A stretch of DNA of 64,000 nt from an uncultured Bacteroidota bacterium. Lineage in GTDB: Bacteria > Bacteroidota > Bacteroidia > JADZBD01. Position numbers and translations under genes: made by a program. Positions 28,652 through 38,388 of this stretch are shown here, one piece after another. The stretch spans positions 6,768-70,767 of the forward strand of contig CALEYQ010000057.1 of NCBI GenBank assembly GCA_937924855.1. Direction: 5' to 3'. Every line of letters starts with the position of its first letter. Position 1 is the stretch's first letter. The notes below the pieces were generated by a model. That model saw only the letters and a list, made by a program, of their open reading frames with translations, had not been told where the DNA came from and searched no databases.

Positions 28652-30091
28652 ATGGCCGACACCCTCAAAATAAAATGGCTTTATATAATTGCCGGAGTAT
28701 TTGTTCTTCTGAACACCCTGGCCATTGCATTTGAGTTTTATTGGCTTAATCTTTTGCCTGGGGCAGCTCTTATAATTCTGCTTGCCCTGGTATCTATGGA
28801 TAAGCTCATTTACCTGATCGTTTTCTTCACCCCTTTGTCGGTTATTTTAAAAGATACCGATCAGTTCGGTGTTGCCCTTAGTTTGCCTACTGAGCCCCTT
28901 TTGTTCGGAGTTACCCTCATTTTTATTTTCCGGTATTTGTACGAAGGATTCTTCGACCCAAAAATTATCCGCCATCCCATTACCATTGCCATAATTTTTA
29001 ATCTGGTTTGGATTCTGATTACCACCATCACCAGCGAAATGCCGCTTGTTTCGATTAAGTACTTCCTGAGCCGTTTGTGGTTTGTAATACCCTTCTTTTT
29101 TGTGGCTGCCTTAATGTTCCGGGAAAAGGGCTCCATGGAAAAATATTCAATGGCTTATATAATTTCGTTTACCCTGGTAATTATTTATACCATCGTGGTG
29201 CATTCCCAGGGTGGTTTTGCCCAAGGGCCGGCTCATACAGCCATGACCCCCTTTTACAATGACCACACTTCCTACGGAGCCATGCTGGCCATGTTTATTC
29301 CTCTGTTTTTTTATTTTCTGTCTGAAAAGAATTTAAAGCCTTCTAAAAAACTTGGATATTGGGTATTGTTCATTTTATTTATTGTTGCTACCCTGCTTTC
29401 TTATACCCGTGCTGCATGGGTTAGCCTGGGCGCTGCTTTGATCGTTTTTCTCATTTTGCGGCTCCGTATTAAATTTTTTACCCTTTGTCTTATGGGTGTC
29501 GGTGCCGTGCTTGCCTTTTTCCTGTTTCAGGATAAAATTATCATGCGCCTTGAAAAGAATAAAAAAGCTTCCTCAACCGATTTTTCCGAACATGTGCAGT
29601 CTATTTCCAACATTTCCACAGATGCTTCTAATAAGGAGCGGATTAACCGTTGGATGAGCGCACTTCGCATGTTTCAGGAGCGACCCTTTTTTGGATGGGG
29701 TCCGGGAACTTATATGTTCCAATATGCTCCCTTCCAGTTTTCCTATGAAAAAACTTCTATCTCAACCAATGCCGGCGACAGGGGTAATGCACATAGTGAA
29801 TACATAGGCCCCCTCGCTGAATCGGGTGTTTTGGGTATGGTAAGCTTCCTCTCCATATTGATTGCTTCGGTTTATACGGGAGTACGGCAGTATCGAATGT
29901 TTAAGGATCCCAGGTTGAGGGGCTTTTCCCTGGCAATATTCCTGGGTTTGTTAACCTATTTTGTGCACGGAACACTCAATAACTTCCTGGATACCGATAA
30001 ATCATCGGCCATTTTCTGGGGCTTCCTGGCCATGCAGGTTGTGTTGGATGTGTTTTATCTCCCCGGCTCAGAAAAAACGACAGCTAAGTAA
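28652..30091 (+). CDS. O-antigen ligase/polymerase-like membrane protein (Wzy_C / WaaL family)
   Basis: 479 aa, ~11 TM. The Wzy_C hallmark is a periplasmic loop preceded by SYTRAAWVSLGAALIVFL, and a large loop follows the last TM cluster. Confidence 0.65.
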   Translation: MADTLKIKWLYIIAGVFVLLNTLAIAFEFYWLNLLPGAALIILLALVSMDKLIYLIVFFTPLSVILKDTDQFGVALSLPTEPLLFGVTLIFIFRYLYEGFFDPKIIRHPITIAIIFNLVWILITTITSEMPLVSIKYFLSRLWFVIPFFFVAALMFREKGSMEKYSMAYIISFTLVIIYTIVVHSQGGFAQGPAHTAMTPFYNDHTSYGAMLAMFIPLFFYFLSEKNLKPSKKLGYWVLFILFIVATLLSYTRAAWVSLGAALIVFLILRLRIKFFTLCLMGVGAVLAFFLFQDKIIMRLEKNKKASSTDFSEHVQSISNISTDASNKERINRWMSALRMFQERPFFGWGPGTYMFQYAPFQFSYEKTSISTNAGDRGNAHSEYIGPLAESGVLGMVSFLSILIASVYTGVRQYRMFKDPRLRGFSLAIFLGLLTYFVHGTLNNFLDTDKSSAIFWGFLAMQVVLDVFYLPGSEKTTAK

Positions 30092-31288
30092 GGTAATGTC
30101 GTCAATATAAGGCATGCTTCTCCGGTGCCTGTCAATTCCCCGGATTACTATTGTGTTTAGTTCGGCCATGGTTAGTTCAGCGCTATTCAACATTATCTTT
30201 TCCAGACTTTCGGTTCCGAACTCATTGCCCTCCTCGTCGCTGACTTCTACCACCCCATCGGTGTAACAAAGTAAAGTAGTGGAGGGGAGTAAGGTAACCA
30301 GCCCTTCCCTGATTCTCGGAAGCTCCGGAAACATTCCCAGGCCGGTACATCCTGTTTTCAGGAATGTTGTGGCGTTTCCGGAATACACAATAGGAGGATT
30401 GTGACCGGCATTAATATAATTTAGGGTACGAGTTACCTGATTATATCTGGCAATGAAAAGAGTAATAAATTTTTCTCCTTTTGCATTCTGCATTACCACA
30501 TGGTTTAACTCTTTTACCAGATCGGTCAATGATTGGATATGGGATAATTTAGATCGAAGGTTGGCCTGAAAATTCGACATCAGCAAAGCGGCCGGTACTC
30601 CTTTGCCGGAAACATCCGCCATACATAAAATAATTTCGTTTTCATTCAAGCGAACAAAATCATAATAATCACCGCCTACCTGGCGGTGCGGAAAGTAAAA
30701 AGCAGAAATATCCATCACCTCGTCGGAAGGAAGTGAAGAGGGAAACAAAAGCGATTGCATTTGTGATGCCAGTTCCAGCTCCTTTTGCATTGCTGCCTGT
30801 TTTATGTTCTCCCTGAACAACTTTTTGTTCTCAATGGCAACTACAATAATATTGGTAAGCGTTTGGATAAATGGCAGGTGTTTGATAATGGGGCTAACGG
30901 AAATGCTCTCTTCATTAAGGTCTCCAATGAGAACATAGGCCAGGGGAGTGGCCTTATGAAAAACAGGGACTATTACATCAAACTCCGGTATCTGAATCCC
31001 TTCTGCCAGTGACAGATAAGTAATCTCTTTTATTCCCGTTAAATCTTTATCAATATTTAACTCAGGAATATCGGGAGTGCCAAATTTCAAAACGCATTTC
31101 CATTCGTTGTCGTTTACAAAGAGTACCAGCCTTCCGATATTGAGTTTTTCCACCGCAACCTTCCTGAAAATGTCGAGTAGCTCAACGGTGCTGGCGTTTG
31201 TATTTATGGCCTTGGTTACTTCCAGCAGGGAATTAAGCTTAATTTCCATAAGCTTTGATCTGGTAAGTATTTTCCCTGTGCCCGACAC
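30068..31288 (-). CDS. GAF-domain sensor fused to a SpoIIE/PP2C serine phosphatase (RsbU-like), cytoplasmic
   Basis: 406 aa. N-terminal ~170-aa GAF-like domain. PP2C motifs: VGGDYYDF, ADVSGKGVPAALLMS, YTDGVVE. Confidence 0.8.
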   Translation of the reverse strand: MSGTGKILTRSKLMEIKLNSLLEVTKAINTNASTVELLDIFRKVAVEKLNIGRLVLFVNDNEWKCVLKFGTPDIPELNIDKDLTGIKEITYLSLAEGIQIPEFDVIVPVFHKATPLAYVLIGDLNEESISVSPIIKHLPFIQTLTNIIVVAIENKKLFRENIKQAAMQKELELASQMQSLLFPSSLPSDEVMDISAFYFPHRQVGGDYYDFVRLNENEIILCMADVSGKGVPAALLMSNFQANLRSKLSHIQSLTDLVKELNHVVMQNAKGEKFITLFIARYNQVTRTLNYINAGHNPPIVYSGNATTFLKTGCTGLGMFPELPRIREGLVTLLPSTTLLCYTDGVVEVSDEEGNEFGTESLEKIMLNSAELTMAELNTIVIRGIDRHRRSMPYIDDITLLSCRFF

Positions 31289-31383
31289 TTTTTTTATGAA
31301 TTTATTGTAAAGTTAGGGGAATTGACCGGATGAGGGTCTCAATTAGACCGATAAATGAAAAAAGACGATAAACTAAGGGAATA

Positions 31384-32328
31384 TTATTTTGAAATTTTAT
31401 CCAGCTTTTCCAAAATATCAGGAATTCGTTTTACCGACATAATTTCCTTCATTTTTTCTCGGGCTTCTCCGGCAGGACTGCCAAAGTATTGTTTTCCGGG
31501 ATCGGTATTTCCCGATACTCCCGATTGGGCATATACCGTAGATCCGTCTCCCAAAGTAACATCGCTGGTAATGCCGGCCTGCCCCCATAGGGTAACACGG
31601 TTTCCCACATTCACTACTCCGGCAACACCGGCCTGGGCGGCAATCAGACACATTTTGCCCGTAACCGTATCGTGGCCGATGTGAACCTGGTTGTCGAGCT
31701 TTGAGCCTGCACCGATTATGGTATCGGCTGTAACACCCCGGTCGATAGTGCATAAGGCACCAATTTCAACATTGTCTTCAATGATAGTTCGTCCGCAGGT
31801 AATCAACTTCTCAAAATGATCTTCCCGTTTTTTATAATAAAACGCATCGGCTCCGATAACCGAACCGGCATGAATTATTACTCCATTTCCAATACGGGTT
31901 CCGGGATATAAAACAACATTGGGGTAAAGAATGCACCCTTCGCCTATTTCAACGCCATTACCCACATAAACCCCAGGGTAAATTGTTGTGTCTTTGCCAA
32001 TTTTTGCTGAGGGAGAAATTTGGCCCGTAACAAAAGGGGAAACAGGATTGAAATGAAGAATTAATTTGTTGAAAGATGAAAAAGGGTCTTTGGAAATCAA
32101 CAATCCCTTTTCCGGGGGGCATTCTACCTGTTCATTAATAATTACGCAACTGGCGGCACTTTCCAGCGCTTTCTTAAAATATTTAGGATGATCAACGAAA
32201 ACTATTTCCCCCGGTTTAACCCGGTGAATTTCATTCAGGCCGCTCAACAATAAATCAGGATTTCCAACAAAGGGTATGCCCAGGATTTCCGCCAGGGTTT
32301 TCAGGGATAATGAATTTGGAAATTGCAT
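31384..32328 (-). CDS. lpxD: UDP-3-O-(3-hydroxyacyl)glucosamine N-acyltransferase
   Basis: 314 aa. LpxD-type N-terminal domain (LKTLAEILG...VDHPKY) followed by hexapeptide left-handed beta-helix repeats. Confidence 0.8.
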   Translation of the reverse strand: MQFPNSLSLKTLAEILGIPFVGNPDLLLSGLNEIHRVKPGEIVFVDHPKYFKKALESAASCVIINEQVECPPEKGLLISKDPFSSFNKLILHFNPVSPFVTGQISPSAKIGKDTTIYPGVYVGNGVEIGEGCILYPNVVLYPGTRIGNGVIIHAGSVIGADAFYYKKREDHFEKLITCGRTIIEDNVEIGALCTIDRGVTADTIIGAGSKLDNQVHIGHDTVTGKMCLIAAQAGVAGVVNVGNRVTLWGQAGITSDVTLGDGSTVYAQSGVSGNTDPGKQYFGSPAGEAREKMKEIMSVKRIPDILEKLDKISK

Positions 32329-32338
32329 CTCCTGGGTA

Positions 32339-32899
32339 TTATTTCACCCTTTCCATATAGGATCCGGTGCGGGTATCAACCTTGATTTTCTCACCGGAAT
32401 TTACAAACAAGGGCACATTAACATTGGCTCCTGTTTCCAATGTGGCAGGTTTTAATGTGTTGGTGGCTGTATCGCCTTTAACGCCCGGTTCGCAATATGT
32501 AATTTCGAGTTCAACAAAAGTAGGCGGTTCGGCTGTTAATGGCTGATCGCCCTCAAAGGCAACTTTAACCAGCATGCCTTCTTTCAAAAATTTAATACCA
32601 TCACCGATCATCGAGGCGTTTATATATACCTGCTCAAAATTCTCAGGATCCATTAAAACAATAAATTCATTTTCAGGATAAATAAACTGCATCTCCTTGA
32701 ATTCCACCCTCACGATATCAACGGATTCACCGGAGCGGAATCGGTTTTCAACCCAGCGACCGGTTTTTAGGTTTTTCATGCGGGCCTGGTAAAAAGCCCT
32801 TAAGTTTCCGGGGGTCCTGTGCTGGTATTCCACGACCTGACAAATTTCACCGTTAAAACGAATGAATGAACCTACGCCAATATCTCCTGTGTCTGCCAT
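32339..32899 (-). CDS. efp: Elongation factor P
   Basis: The ORF track extends to 33007. The internal Met at 32899 gives the canonical 186-aa EF-P beginning MADTGDIGVGSFIRFNGE. Confidence 0.85.
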   Translation of the reverse strand: MADTGDIGVGSFIRFNGEICQVVEYQHRTPGNLRAFYQARMKNLKTGRWVENRFRSGESVDIVRVEFKEMQFIYPENEFIVLMDPENFEQVYINASMIGDGIKFLKEGMLVKVAFEGDQPLTAEPPTFVELEITYCEPGVKGDTATNTLKPATLETGANVNVPLFVNSGEKIKVDTRTGSYMERVK

Positions 32900-33005
32900 T
32901 TTTATTAATTTTTTTGAGGGAAGCAAAGTTAAGGAATTGAGTGAACCCCGCAAACACATTTTTGGGCAGATTGCGCGGATTTTATATACCTTAGAGCCTT
33001 TCCCC

Positions 33006-34451
33006 ATGTCGCCCGAATTTTCTGATACAACCCTCAGTCAGAGCAAGTCCGGATTCAGCAGACCCCTGTTGGTCCTGATTTCTGTATTTTTCTTCTGGGG
33101 TTTTGTGGCGGCTTCAAATACCATTCTGATTCCTGTTTTTAAAAAGCATTTTTCCTTATTGCAGTGGCAATCGCAATTGGTCGATTCCGCTTTTTATATT
33201 GCATATACGGTAGGGGCATTAATTTATTTTCTCCTTTCTTCTTTCCGGGGCGACCCCTTGAATCGCTTCGGATATAAAAACGGTTTGGTTGCAGGATTAC
33301 TGATTTCAGCTATCGGCGCTTTCGGGTTTTGGCCCGCTGCCAGACTTGAAAGTTTCCCACTCATGCTTACATCATTGTTTGTGGTTGCGCTTGGTTTTGC
33401 CCTTCAGCAAATTGTTGCAAATCCTTACGTGATTGCCCTGGGAAAACCCGATACCGGTTCCCACCGTGTTAACCTTGCCGGTGGCATAAATTCTTTCGGT
33501 ACTACCATCGGCCCTCTGATTTTGGGCTATGCTATTTTCGGATCGGTCAGCGGAACGGGTGAAATAACGGATTTTTCTACCGTGGGAACCCCCTATCTGT
33601 GGCTGGGTTTTAGCTTTATTGCTTTTGCCGCACTTGTTTTTTTCAGCACCCTTCCCGCCATTAAGAAAGAGGAAAAGGCTCAAACTGAAATGGGTGCTTT
33701 CCGCTTTCCTCAGGTATGGCTGGGTATGGCGGCCATTTTTGTTTATGTGGGTGTAGAAGTGAGTATTCAAAGCAACCTCCCTGAGCTTATGACCCGCACT
33801 GAAATTCTCGGACTCCCCGCTGAAAAAACGGTGCATTTTATTTCCCTTTACTGGGGATGCCTGATGATTGGACGCTGGACCGGGGCTCTCGAAGTTTTTG
33901 ATTTGTCGCCAACCACGAAAAATATGTTGAAGGTAATGGTACCCCTGTTAGCCTTTGCCGTAATACTCGGGGTTAATTTTATCAAGGGAAGTCCTCTTTC
34001 TGATTTGATTAATTTTCTCCCCTGGTTGGGTATTCTGATTATTGGATTTTTCCTGAGCAAACTTAAACCGGTTCGAACCATGATTTTATTTTCTTTAATG
34101 GCCGGCGTTATGATGATGATTGGCATTTTAACAGAAGGGAAACCGGCCTTGTATTCTTTTATTTCCTGCGGATTGTTTTGCAGCGTAATGTGGCCTTGTA
34201 TTTTTTCGCTTTCTATTGCCGGACTTGGAAAATATACAAATCAGGCTTCCTCGCTTTTGATTATGATGATTATGGGAGGTGCATTTATTCCTCCGCTTCA
34301 GGGTTGGATTGCTGATGTGGCTGGAATTAAAATCAGTTACCTGATTCCCCTCGCCGGATTTGCCTATCTGGCTCTTTTCGGAATCCTGGTGAAAAAGGCA
34401 TTGTTAAAGCAAAACATAAATTATGACAAGTCAATTAGCAGCAGGGATTGA
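33006..34451 (+). CDS. MFS sugar:H+ symporter (FucP/glucose-galactose transporter family)
   Basis: Start set at MSPEFSDTT (33006) to avoid overlapping efp. 12 TM, and the FucP-family length and loop pattern. Confidence 0.7.
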   Translation: MSPEFSDTTLSQSKSGFSRPLLVLISVFFFWGFVAASNTILIPVFKKHFSLLQWQSQLVDSAFYIAYTVGALIYFLLSSFRGDPLNRFGYKNGLVAGLLISAIGAFGFWPAARLESFPLMLTSLFVVALGFALQQIVANPYVIALGKPDTGSHRVNLAGGINSFGTTIGPLILGYAIFGSVSGTGEITDFSTVGTPYLWLGFSFIAFAALVFFSTLPAIKKEEKAQTEMGAFRFPQVWLGMAAIFVYVGVEVSIQSNLPELMTRTEILGLPAEKTVHFISLYWGCLMIGRWTGALEVFDLSPTTKNMLKVMVPLLAFAVILGVNFIKGSPLSDLINFLPWLGILIIGFFLSKLKPVRTMILFSLMAGVMMMIGILTEGKPALYSFISCGLFCSVMWPCIFSLSIAGLGKYTNQASSLLIMMIMGGAFIPPLQGWIADVAGIKISYLIPLAGFAYLALFGILVKKALLKQNINYDKSISSRD

Positions 34452-35346
34452 TATTGGAGGTACCAATACCCTGATTGGGCTTGTTTCTTCCGGAGGGAAG
34501 GTAGTTGCCCGCAAAACCATTAATACCTGTGCTTACCGCAAGCCCGAAGAATTTGTCGAGGTTCTTTCGAAAACTCTTAAGTCCTTACTCAAAAAAAACC
34601 AAAAGCTCAGAGGCGTTGGAATTGGCGCTCCCAGCGGTCATGTTTATTCGGGCTCTATTGTAAAGGCTCCCAACATGCCCTGGAAAGGTACCATTCCCCT
34701 GGCCGCCATGATTTCCCGGAAATTAAAAACCCGTACCGTCCTTACCAACGATGCCAATGCTGCAGCCCTTGGGGAAATGCTTTTCGGTGGTGCAAAAAAA
34801 GAGCGTGATTTTATTTACATAACCCTGGGAACCGGGCTGGGTAGTGGCCTTGTGGCCAATGGAAAGCTCCTCTACGGTGGATCCGGATTTGCCGGAGAAA
34901 TAGGACATGTAATTATTGACCGCCTCGGTCGTGCCTGTGGCTGTGGCCGAAGAGGCTGTCTGGAAACTTATTGCTCGGCTACAGGCCTGGTTAATACTTA
35001 TAAGGAAATGAAAAACCTGCGCCCCGACGATCAGGTTTCTGCAGACCAGATTTTTAAACTTGCCAGAAAGGGCGATCCAAGCGCCAGACAAACTTTTCAG
35101 ATTACCGGTAGCCTTTTAGGCGAAGCTCTTGCCAATGCGGTTGTTTTTACTTCTCCCTCCGTAATTTTTGTAGGAGGTGGATTGGCCCGGGCCGGAAATC
35201 TGCTTTTTCAGCCTATGAAGAAAGCTTTTGGACAGAACCTGCTTCATATTTACAAAGGGAAGGTGAAAATCCTTCCTTCCAAACTACCTGATGGTGATGC
35301 CGCTTTATTGGGAGCTGCCTCACTTATCTTAAGGAAACAGGCTTGA
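34423..35346 (+). CDS. ROK-family sugar kinase (glucokinase / N-acetylglucosamine kinase-like)
   Basis: 307 aa. GIDIGGTNTLIGLV ATP-binding N-terminus and the ROK zinc motif GRACGCGRRGCLE. Confidence 0.85.
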   Translation: MTSQLAAGIDIGGTNTLIGLVSSGGKVVARKTINTCAYRKPEEFVEVLSKTLKSLLKKNQKLRGVGIGAPSGHVYSGSIVKAPNMPWKGTIPLAAMISRKLKTRTVLTNDANAAALGEMLFGGAKKERDFIYITLGTGLGSGLVANGKLLYGGSGFAGEIGHVIIDRLGRACGCGRRGCLETYCSATGLVNTYKEMKNLRPDDQVSADQIFKLARKGDPSARQTFQITGSLLGEALANAVVFTSPSVIFVGGGLARAGNLLFQPMKKAFGQNLLHIYKGKVKILPSKLPDGDAALLGAASLILRKQA

Positions 35347-35367
35347 TTTTTGCATTATCTTCACGAA

Positions 35368-38313
35368 ATGCGAATCCGGTTTTTTATTTCTCTGTTTGTT
35401 TTTGGGTTTTTAAATGCCCAAAATGTTTCATCTGACTATACCGTTTTCGTAAATCCTTTTGTGGGAACCGCCGGAACGGGCCATACATTCCCGGGTGCTC
35501 TTCGGCCCTTCGGAATGGTTCAGCTTTCCCCCGACACCCGGACCGATGGTTCCTGGGAAGGTTGTTCCGGATATCATTATTCTGATTCCCTGTTATACGG
35601 ATTTTCACACACCCATCTGAGCGGTACCGGCGTTTCCGACTGGGGCGATGTTTTGCTGTTGCCTCAGTCCGGAAAGTATTCATTCGATCCTGAGAAATAC
35701 AGGCAGGCTTTCCGGCATTCCGATGAAAAAGCAAGCCCCGGATATTATGCCGTAACACTTAAAAATAATAACATCCGGGTTGAACTTACTGCAACAGAAC
35801 GAACCGGCTGGCACAGAATTCAATTCCCGGCAAAGGAAAAAAAGTTCATTTTGCTCGACCTCGTTCATCGGGATAAACCTCAGGATGCTTCGGCAAAATG
35901 GATTTCCAAAAAAATCCTGGTCGGTAAGAGGTTCAGCGAAGGCTGGGCACAAAATCAGAAAATATTTTTCGCCATTGAATTTTCTGAACCTGTTGTAGAA
36001 ACTATTTGGGAGAAAAATGGAAAGGAAATCAAAAACACCGTAGGGGAATCGGCTGAAAAACTAAGGGCTTGTTTTCGGTTCGAACCGAACCCTTCAAAAC
36101 CCCTTATCATTAAAGTGGGTATTTCCCTGGTGAGTGAAGAAGGGGCATTGCTGAATCTTAAAACTGAAACCCAAAATGAATCCTTTGATTCAGTTTTGAA
36201 AAAAGCACGCGATGCCTGGAATAATGAACTCTCAAAAATCCGGATTTCCGATTCCCGTGATTCCCTGAAAACTGTTTTTTATACTGCCCTTTACCATTGT
36301 ATGATTCACCCTTCCCTTGCTTCCGATGTGAATGGATTTTACCGGGGCATGGATGATAAAATATATAAAGCCCAAGGATTTAAGTATTACCAGGTTTTTT
36401 CCCTGTGGGATACCCACAGGGCTTTGCATCCCCTGTTAAATTTAATCGATAAGCCCAGAAGCCTTGATTTTGTAAAAACAATGCTTGAAATGTACAAGCA
36501 AACCGGGGCTTTGCCGGTGTGGGAATTGTCGGCCCGGGAAACGGATTGCATGATTGGAAACCATGCCCTCGGCTTTTTAGCCGATGCCTGGTCTTCAGGA
36601 ATCAGAAATTTTGATCCTGCCCTCGCCCTCGAAGCTATGGTTAGTTCACACGCCCGGAGAAACTATAAGGGAATTGCTCACTATCGTGATTTTGGATTCC
36701 TTCAGGTGCAGGATGAAAGCGAGTCGGTATCCAAAACCCTTGAGTATGCTTATAACGACTGGTGCATTTATATGCTGGCTTCTCAAACCGGAAAGTCTGA
36801 ACTGGCCGGGGAATATCTGATTCGTTGTATGGCATGGAAAAACCTGCTGGATACCAAAACCGGATTTTTTCGTCCACGCTTTAATGGCAACTGGCTTAGC
36901 CCATTTGATCCTTACCAGGTAAACAATCATTTTACCGAAGCCAATGCCTGGCATTATGCTTTTTCTGTTCCTCATGATATTTATGGGCTGATGAAGTTTC
37001 ATGATGGTGCAAATAGATTTGAAAAGAAACTCGACTCCCTGTTTTCGGTTACCTCTAAAACTTCGGGTCGGGAGCAACCTGATATTACCGGATTGATTGG
37101 GCAATACGCTCACGGCAATGAACCCAGTCATTTATATGCCTATCTCTATAATTACCTGGGTAAACCTGAAAAATCTATTACGCTGGTCCAAAAAATAATT
37201 ACTGAATTTTATTCCGGACATCCGGATGGATTACCCGGAAATGAAGATTGCGGACAAATGAGCGCCTGGTATGTTTTCAGTGCATTGGGATTTTATCCTG
37301 CCTCCCCCGGCTCTGGCATATTTTTAACCGGTGCTCCTTTATTTAATCGTGCCGTTGTGCAAACTTCAGGCGGTAAAGAGTTTGTCATCCGCCGTGATGC
37401 GGAATCTGTAAATAGCTGTTTTCTGAATCAGATATTCTTTGATGGAGAAGAAAGAAACAGATTATTCCTTTCGGCTTTTGACCTTTCTTCCTCAGCGGAA
37501 ATAATTTTTTACCTTACCGATAAGCCACAAGAGCAAAAGCGCCCGTTTGTCAAACCCCCATCGCTTATGCCCACTCACCCCCCGGAATATTTTCCCGCTC
37601 CCCTGATTTTTGCCCCCTTTCGTTCGTTTTCCGACAGCATGCAAATTAAGGTGCTGCCCCTTACATCCCCTGTTAAAGGCCAAAACATTCAATTATCAGG
37701 AGATGATGGAAAAGTTTACGGCTCACAGGCATGGATAAGAACCCCCGGATCTTATTTGGCATTTTATGAAAAAGGTCGCCCGGATGGATTTCCCGGAACA
37801 AAACCCTTTCCAACCACGCAGGCCCGGTTTTATAAATACCCCGGAAGGTTTTCGATTTCAGTGGAGGGCAATCCCAATCCCCAATACGCCTGTAACGGCC
37901 CTCAATCCCTTGCCGACGGAATTATTGGCGATACCGACTGGAGAAAGGGTGACTGGATGGGCTATCAGGGGCAGGAGGTAGCTGTTATGATAGATCTTGG
38001 TAAAGAAACTACCCTTAGCGAAATAAGCCTTGGCTTCCTTCAGGATACCCGTTCCTGGATTTTGTTTCCTCCCATGGTAAAGTATTTTGGAATGGAAGAG
38101 GACGGAAATACTTGGATTTTTATCGGTTCGGTCACTGCTCCGGAAAGTCCGGAAAATATGGAGGTGAAAAGGCAGGATTTTCAGGTTAAGTTTCCTGGAA
38201 AAAAGCTTCGAAAAATCAGGATTGAAGTCTCATATCCGGGTCCACTTCCCGACTGGCACCCCGGCCGGGGAATGCCTTCCTTTATTTTTACCGATGAAAT
38301 CGGAATAAAATAA
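35368..38313 (+). CDS. GH92 alpha-mannosidase with C-terminal F5/8 type C (discoidin) domain
   Basis: Signal peptide from MRIRFFISLFVFGFLNAQ. The GH92 N-terminal hallmark FVGTAGTGHTFPGA and a long catalytic region are present. A C-terminal ~150-aa discoidin-like module lies at residues ~830-987. Confidence 0.8.
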   Translation: MRIRFFISLFVFGFLNAQNVSSDYTVFVNPFVGTAGTGHTFPGALRPFGMVQLSPDTRTDGSWEGCSGYHYSDSLLYGFSHTHLSGTGVSDWGDVLLLPQSGKYSFDPEKYRQAFRHSDEKASPGYYAVTLKNNNIRVELTATERTGWHRIQFPAKEKKFILLDLVHRDKPQDASAKWISKKILVGKRFSEGWAQNQKIFFAIEFSEPVVETIWEKNGKEIKNTVGESAEKLRACFRFEPNPSKPLIIKVGISLVSEEGALLNLKTETQNESFDSVLKKARDAWNNELSKIRISDSRDSLKTVFYTALYHCMIHPSLASDVNGFYRGMDDKIYKAQGFKYYQVFSLWDTHRALHPLLNLIDKPRSLDFVKTMLEMYKQTGALPVWELSARETDCMIGNHALGFLADAWSSGIRNFDPALALEAMVSSHARRNYKGIAHYRDFGFLQVQDESESVSKTLEYAYNDWCIYMLASQTGKSELAGEYLIRCMAWKNLLDTKTGFFRPRFNGNWLSPFDPYQVNNHFTEANAWHYAFSVPHDIYGLMKFHDGANRFEKKLDSLFSVTSKTSGREQPDITGLIGQYAHGNEPSHLYAYLYNYLGKPEKSITLVQKIITEFYSGHPDGLPGNEDCGQMSAWYVFSALGFYPASPGSGIFLTGAPLFNRAVVQTSGGKEFVIRRDAESVNSCFLNQIFFDGEERNRLFLSAFDLSSSAEIIFYLTDKPQEQKRPFVKPPSLMPTHPPEYFPAPLIFAPFRSFSDSMQIKVLPLTSPVKGQNIQLSGDDGKVYGSQAWIRTPGSYLAFYEKGRPDGFPGTKPFPTTQARFYKYPGRFSISVEGNPNPQYACNGPQSLADGIIGDTDWRKGDWMGYQGQEVAVMIDLGKETTLSEISLGFLQDTRSWILFPPMVKYFGMEEDGNTWIFIGSVTAPESPENMEVKRQDFQVKFPGKKLRKIRIEVSYPGPLPDWHPGRGMPSFIFTDEIGIK

Positions 38314-38388
38314 GCAATCCAATCCCCCAAGCTCCCTTTTAAAAAGTTTTTTTTGGTAAATTCGCCCATATAACAAAACCCAAACTGT

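Noticed and set aside
31355-31753. 109-aa and 111-aa ORFs overlapping lpxD on both strands
   Set aside because: Shadow ORFs produced by the GC-rich hexapeptide-repeat coding region. Their products are Pro/Arg/Cys-rich nonsense.
38140-38160. ggaaagtccgg motif reminiscent of the RNase P RNA P4 region
   Set aside because: It lies in-frame inside the GH92 coding sequence, with no surrounding conserved RNase P structure.
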